From contig JANWLH010000128.1 of NCBI GenBank assembly GCA_025450915.1, positions 1 to 52,054 on the forward strand: a stretch of 52,054 nucleotides of DNA, written 5' to 3'. Source of the stretch: Candidatus Limnocylindrales bacterium. GTDB taxonomy: Bacteria > Chloroflexota > Limnocylindria > Limnocylindrales > CSP1-4. Both the position numbers and the translations under genes were made by a program. Shown piece after piece: positions 50,380 through 52,054 of this stretch (its first letter is position 1; the number at the start of each line of letters is the position of its first letter). The notes under the pieces are model-generated. The model had not been told where the DNA came from, made no database searches, and saw nothing but the letters and a program-made list of their open reading frames with translations.

Positions 50380-51399
50380 TCAGCGGAGCCCCATCTTCGC
50401 ATGGACCTCGGCGAGGGTTGCCTCGGCGAGCGGCTTGAGCCGGGCCGCCCCCGCGGCCAGCACCTCGTCGACCATGGCGGGCTTCGAGATCAGCTCGAGG
50501 TAGCGCTCCCGGGCCGGCGCGTAGTAGGCGATGATTCGCTCTGCGAGGAGTTTCTTCGTATCGACGCAGCCCGTCCGGGCGGTTCGCTCGCCGTCCCAGA
50601 TCTCCTCGTAGTCGGCGCCGAAGTGGCGGTGGAGCTGGCAGACGTTGCAGACCGCCGGGCGGCCCGGGTCCGTCCGCAGGATCCGCTTCGTGTCGGTGAC
50701 CATCGACATGACCTGCTTCCGGATGAGCTCCGGCGCGCCAAAGATGTCGATCGTGTTGCCGATCGACTTGCTCATCTTCCTGACGCCGTCGGTGCCCAGC
50801 ACGACCGGCGCGTCGGTGAAGACGGCCTGCGGCTCCGGGAAGGTGGGGCCGTAGCGGGCGTTGAACGCGCGAACGATCTCCCGGCTCAGCTCGAGGTGGG
50901 CGGCCTGGTCGCGACCGACCGGGACGACGGTGGCCTTGTAGATCACGATGTCGGCCGCCTGGAGGACCGGGTACGTGAGCAGGCCGTGGTTCACGTCGTC
51001 GGGCTGGTTGAGCTTCTTCTCCTTGTAGGTCGGCGTCCGCTCGAGCCAGCTCACCGGCGTGACCGTGGCCAGCAGCCAGGCGAGCTCGGTGTGCTCCGGC
51101 CGGTCGCTCTGGACGAACAGCGTGCAATGCTCCGGGTCGAGGCCCAGGGCCAGCAGCGATGCGGCCATCTCGCGGGTCCGCTCGCGCAGGAGCGTCCCGT
51201 CGTGGGTCGTCGTCAGCGCGTGGTAATCGACGATGCAGTAGATCGCGTCGTAGTCGTACTGCAGCCGGACGTAGTTGCGGACGGCTCCGAGGTCGTTGCC
51301 GAGGTGGACGATCCCCGATGGCTGGATCCCGCTGAACGCCCGCGGGCGTTCGCTGGCCAGGGGCGCCAGGGCGGGCGATGGGGCGAGCTCGAGGGCCAT
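50380..51399 (-). CDS. trpS: Tryptophanyl-tRNA synthetase
   Basis: SGIQPSG..HLGN, YPVLQAADI, VPVGRDQ and KMSKS. Confidence 0.96.
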   Translation of the reverse strand: MALELAPSPALAPLASERPRAFSGIQPSGIVHLGNDLGAVRNYVRLQYDYDAIYCIVDYHALTTTHDGTLLRERTREMAASLLALGLDPEHCTLFVQSDRPEHTELAWLLATVTPVSWLERTPTYKEKKLNQPDDVNHGLLTYPVLQAADIVIYKATVVPVGRDQAAHLELSREIVRAFNARYGPTFPEPQAVFTDAPVVLGTDGVRKMSKSIGNTIDIFGAPELIRKQVMSMVTDTKRILRTDPGRPAVCNVCQLHRHFGADYEEIWDGERTARTGCVDTKKLLAERIIAYYAPARERYLELISKPAMVDEVLAAGAARLKPLAEATLAEVHAKMGLR

Positions 51400-51488
51400 T
51401 GCCCGGAGTGTAACGGCCGACCGTGCGTGGGGAACGCCGCCGGCCGACGAGCGGCGGCCGGGATTGGGCGTCGGCTACCATTCCGCCC

Positions 51489-52054
51489 ATGCCCGTCCCA
51501 ACGCCCCACGCGCCGCTGCGTGTCGGCCTGCTCGGCGCCGGAACGGTCGGCTCGGCGGTCGCCCGTGCCTTCCTCGACGACGCGGACCGTCTCGCGCCCT
51601 TCGGCGGGGCGCGCCTCGTCCTTGCCGGCGTCGCGGTCCGTGACACGACCCGGGCCGCTGCCGCGGGCATTCCCGAAGAGCTGCTCACCGACGCCCCGGC
51701 GCACCTCGTTGCCTCGCCGGAAGTGGACGTGATCGTCGAGCTGCTCGGCGGCGACGAGCCGGCGCGAACGCTGATCGCCGCTGCCCTGGCGGCGGGCAAG
51801 CCGGTCGTGACGGCGAACAAGCACGTGATCGCCCATCACGGACCGGTCCTCGAGGCGCTCGCCCGCTCGATGGGCACGCCACTCCGCTTCGAGGCGGCCG
51901 TCGCGGCCGGGATCCCGATCCTCGGTCCGCTCGCCGCGGACCTCGCGGCCAACCGGATCGAGCGTGTCCGGGGCATCGTCAACGGCACGACGAACTTCAT
52001 CCTCAGCGCGATGACCGAGCGCAAGCGGGCCTACGAGGCGGTCCTCCAGGAGGC
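51489..52054 (+). CDS. hom: Homoserine dehydrogenase, 3'-truncated by window edge
   Basis: Own translation: LRVGLLGAGTVG, VIVELLGG, VVTANK, FEAAVAAGIP and GIVNGTTNFIL. Confidence 0.93.
   Translation, partial: MPVPTPHAPLRVGLLGAGTVGSAVARAFLDDADRLAPFGGARLVLAGVAVRDTTRAAAAGIPEELLTDAPAHLVASPEVDVIVELLGGDEPARTLIAAALAAGKPVVTANKHVIAHHGPVLEALARSMGTPLRFEAAVAAGIPILGPLAADLAANRIERVRGIVNGTTNFILSAMTERKRAYEAVLQE

Overview
High-GC bacterial chromosomal window. Gene style and synteny suggest Chloroflexota, possibly Limnocylindria-like (inference only). The backbone is housekeeping: SPFH protein, dnaJ, prmA, HIT, rpsU, yqeY, 7TM-HD phosphodiesterase, ybeY, pth, mfd, MFS, apt, mtnA, GNAT, ahcY, metK, a GDP-mannose module, trpS and partial hom. 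Accessory blocks are a GH2/GH36 galactosidase pair, a cobalamin-riboswitch-controlled ECF operon, a three-gene secreted caspase-fold protease module, and a GcvT-family gene divergent from two phytoene-dehydrogenase-like FAD oxidoreductases. No rRNA, tRNA, CRISPR array or transposase was recognised. The most unusual signal is non-coding: six (possibly seven) intergenic imperfect palindromes of about 170-180 bp. Their sequences are highly diverged, but they keep a central GTGCAC-type dyad and a TRYCR box about 75 bp either side. Other notable items are a 'split transcobalamin-like' gene pair in the B12 operon, frequent leaderless gene architecture, and a 12-nt Shine-Dalgarno on rpsU. All alignments and counts were done by eye and no database searches were run.
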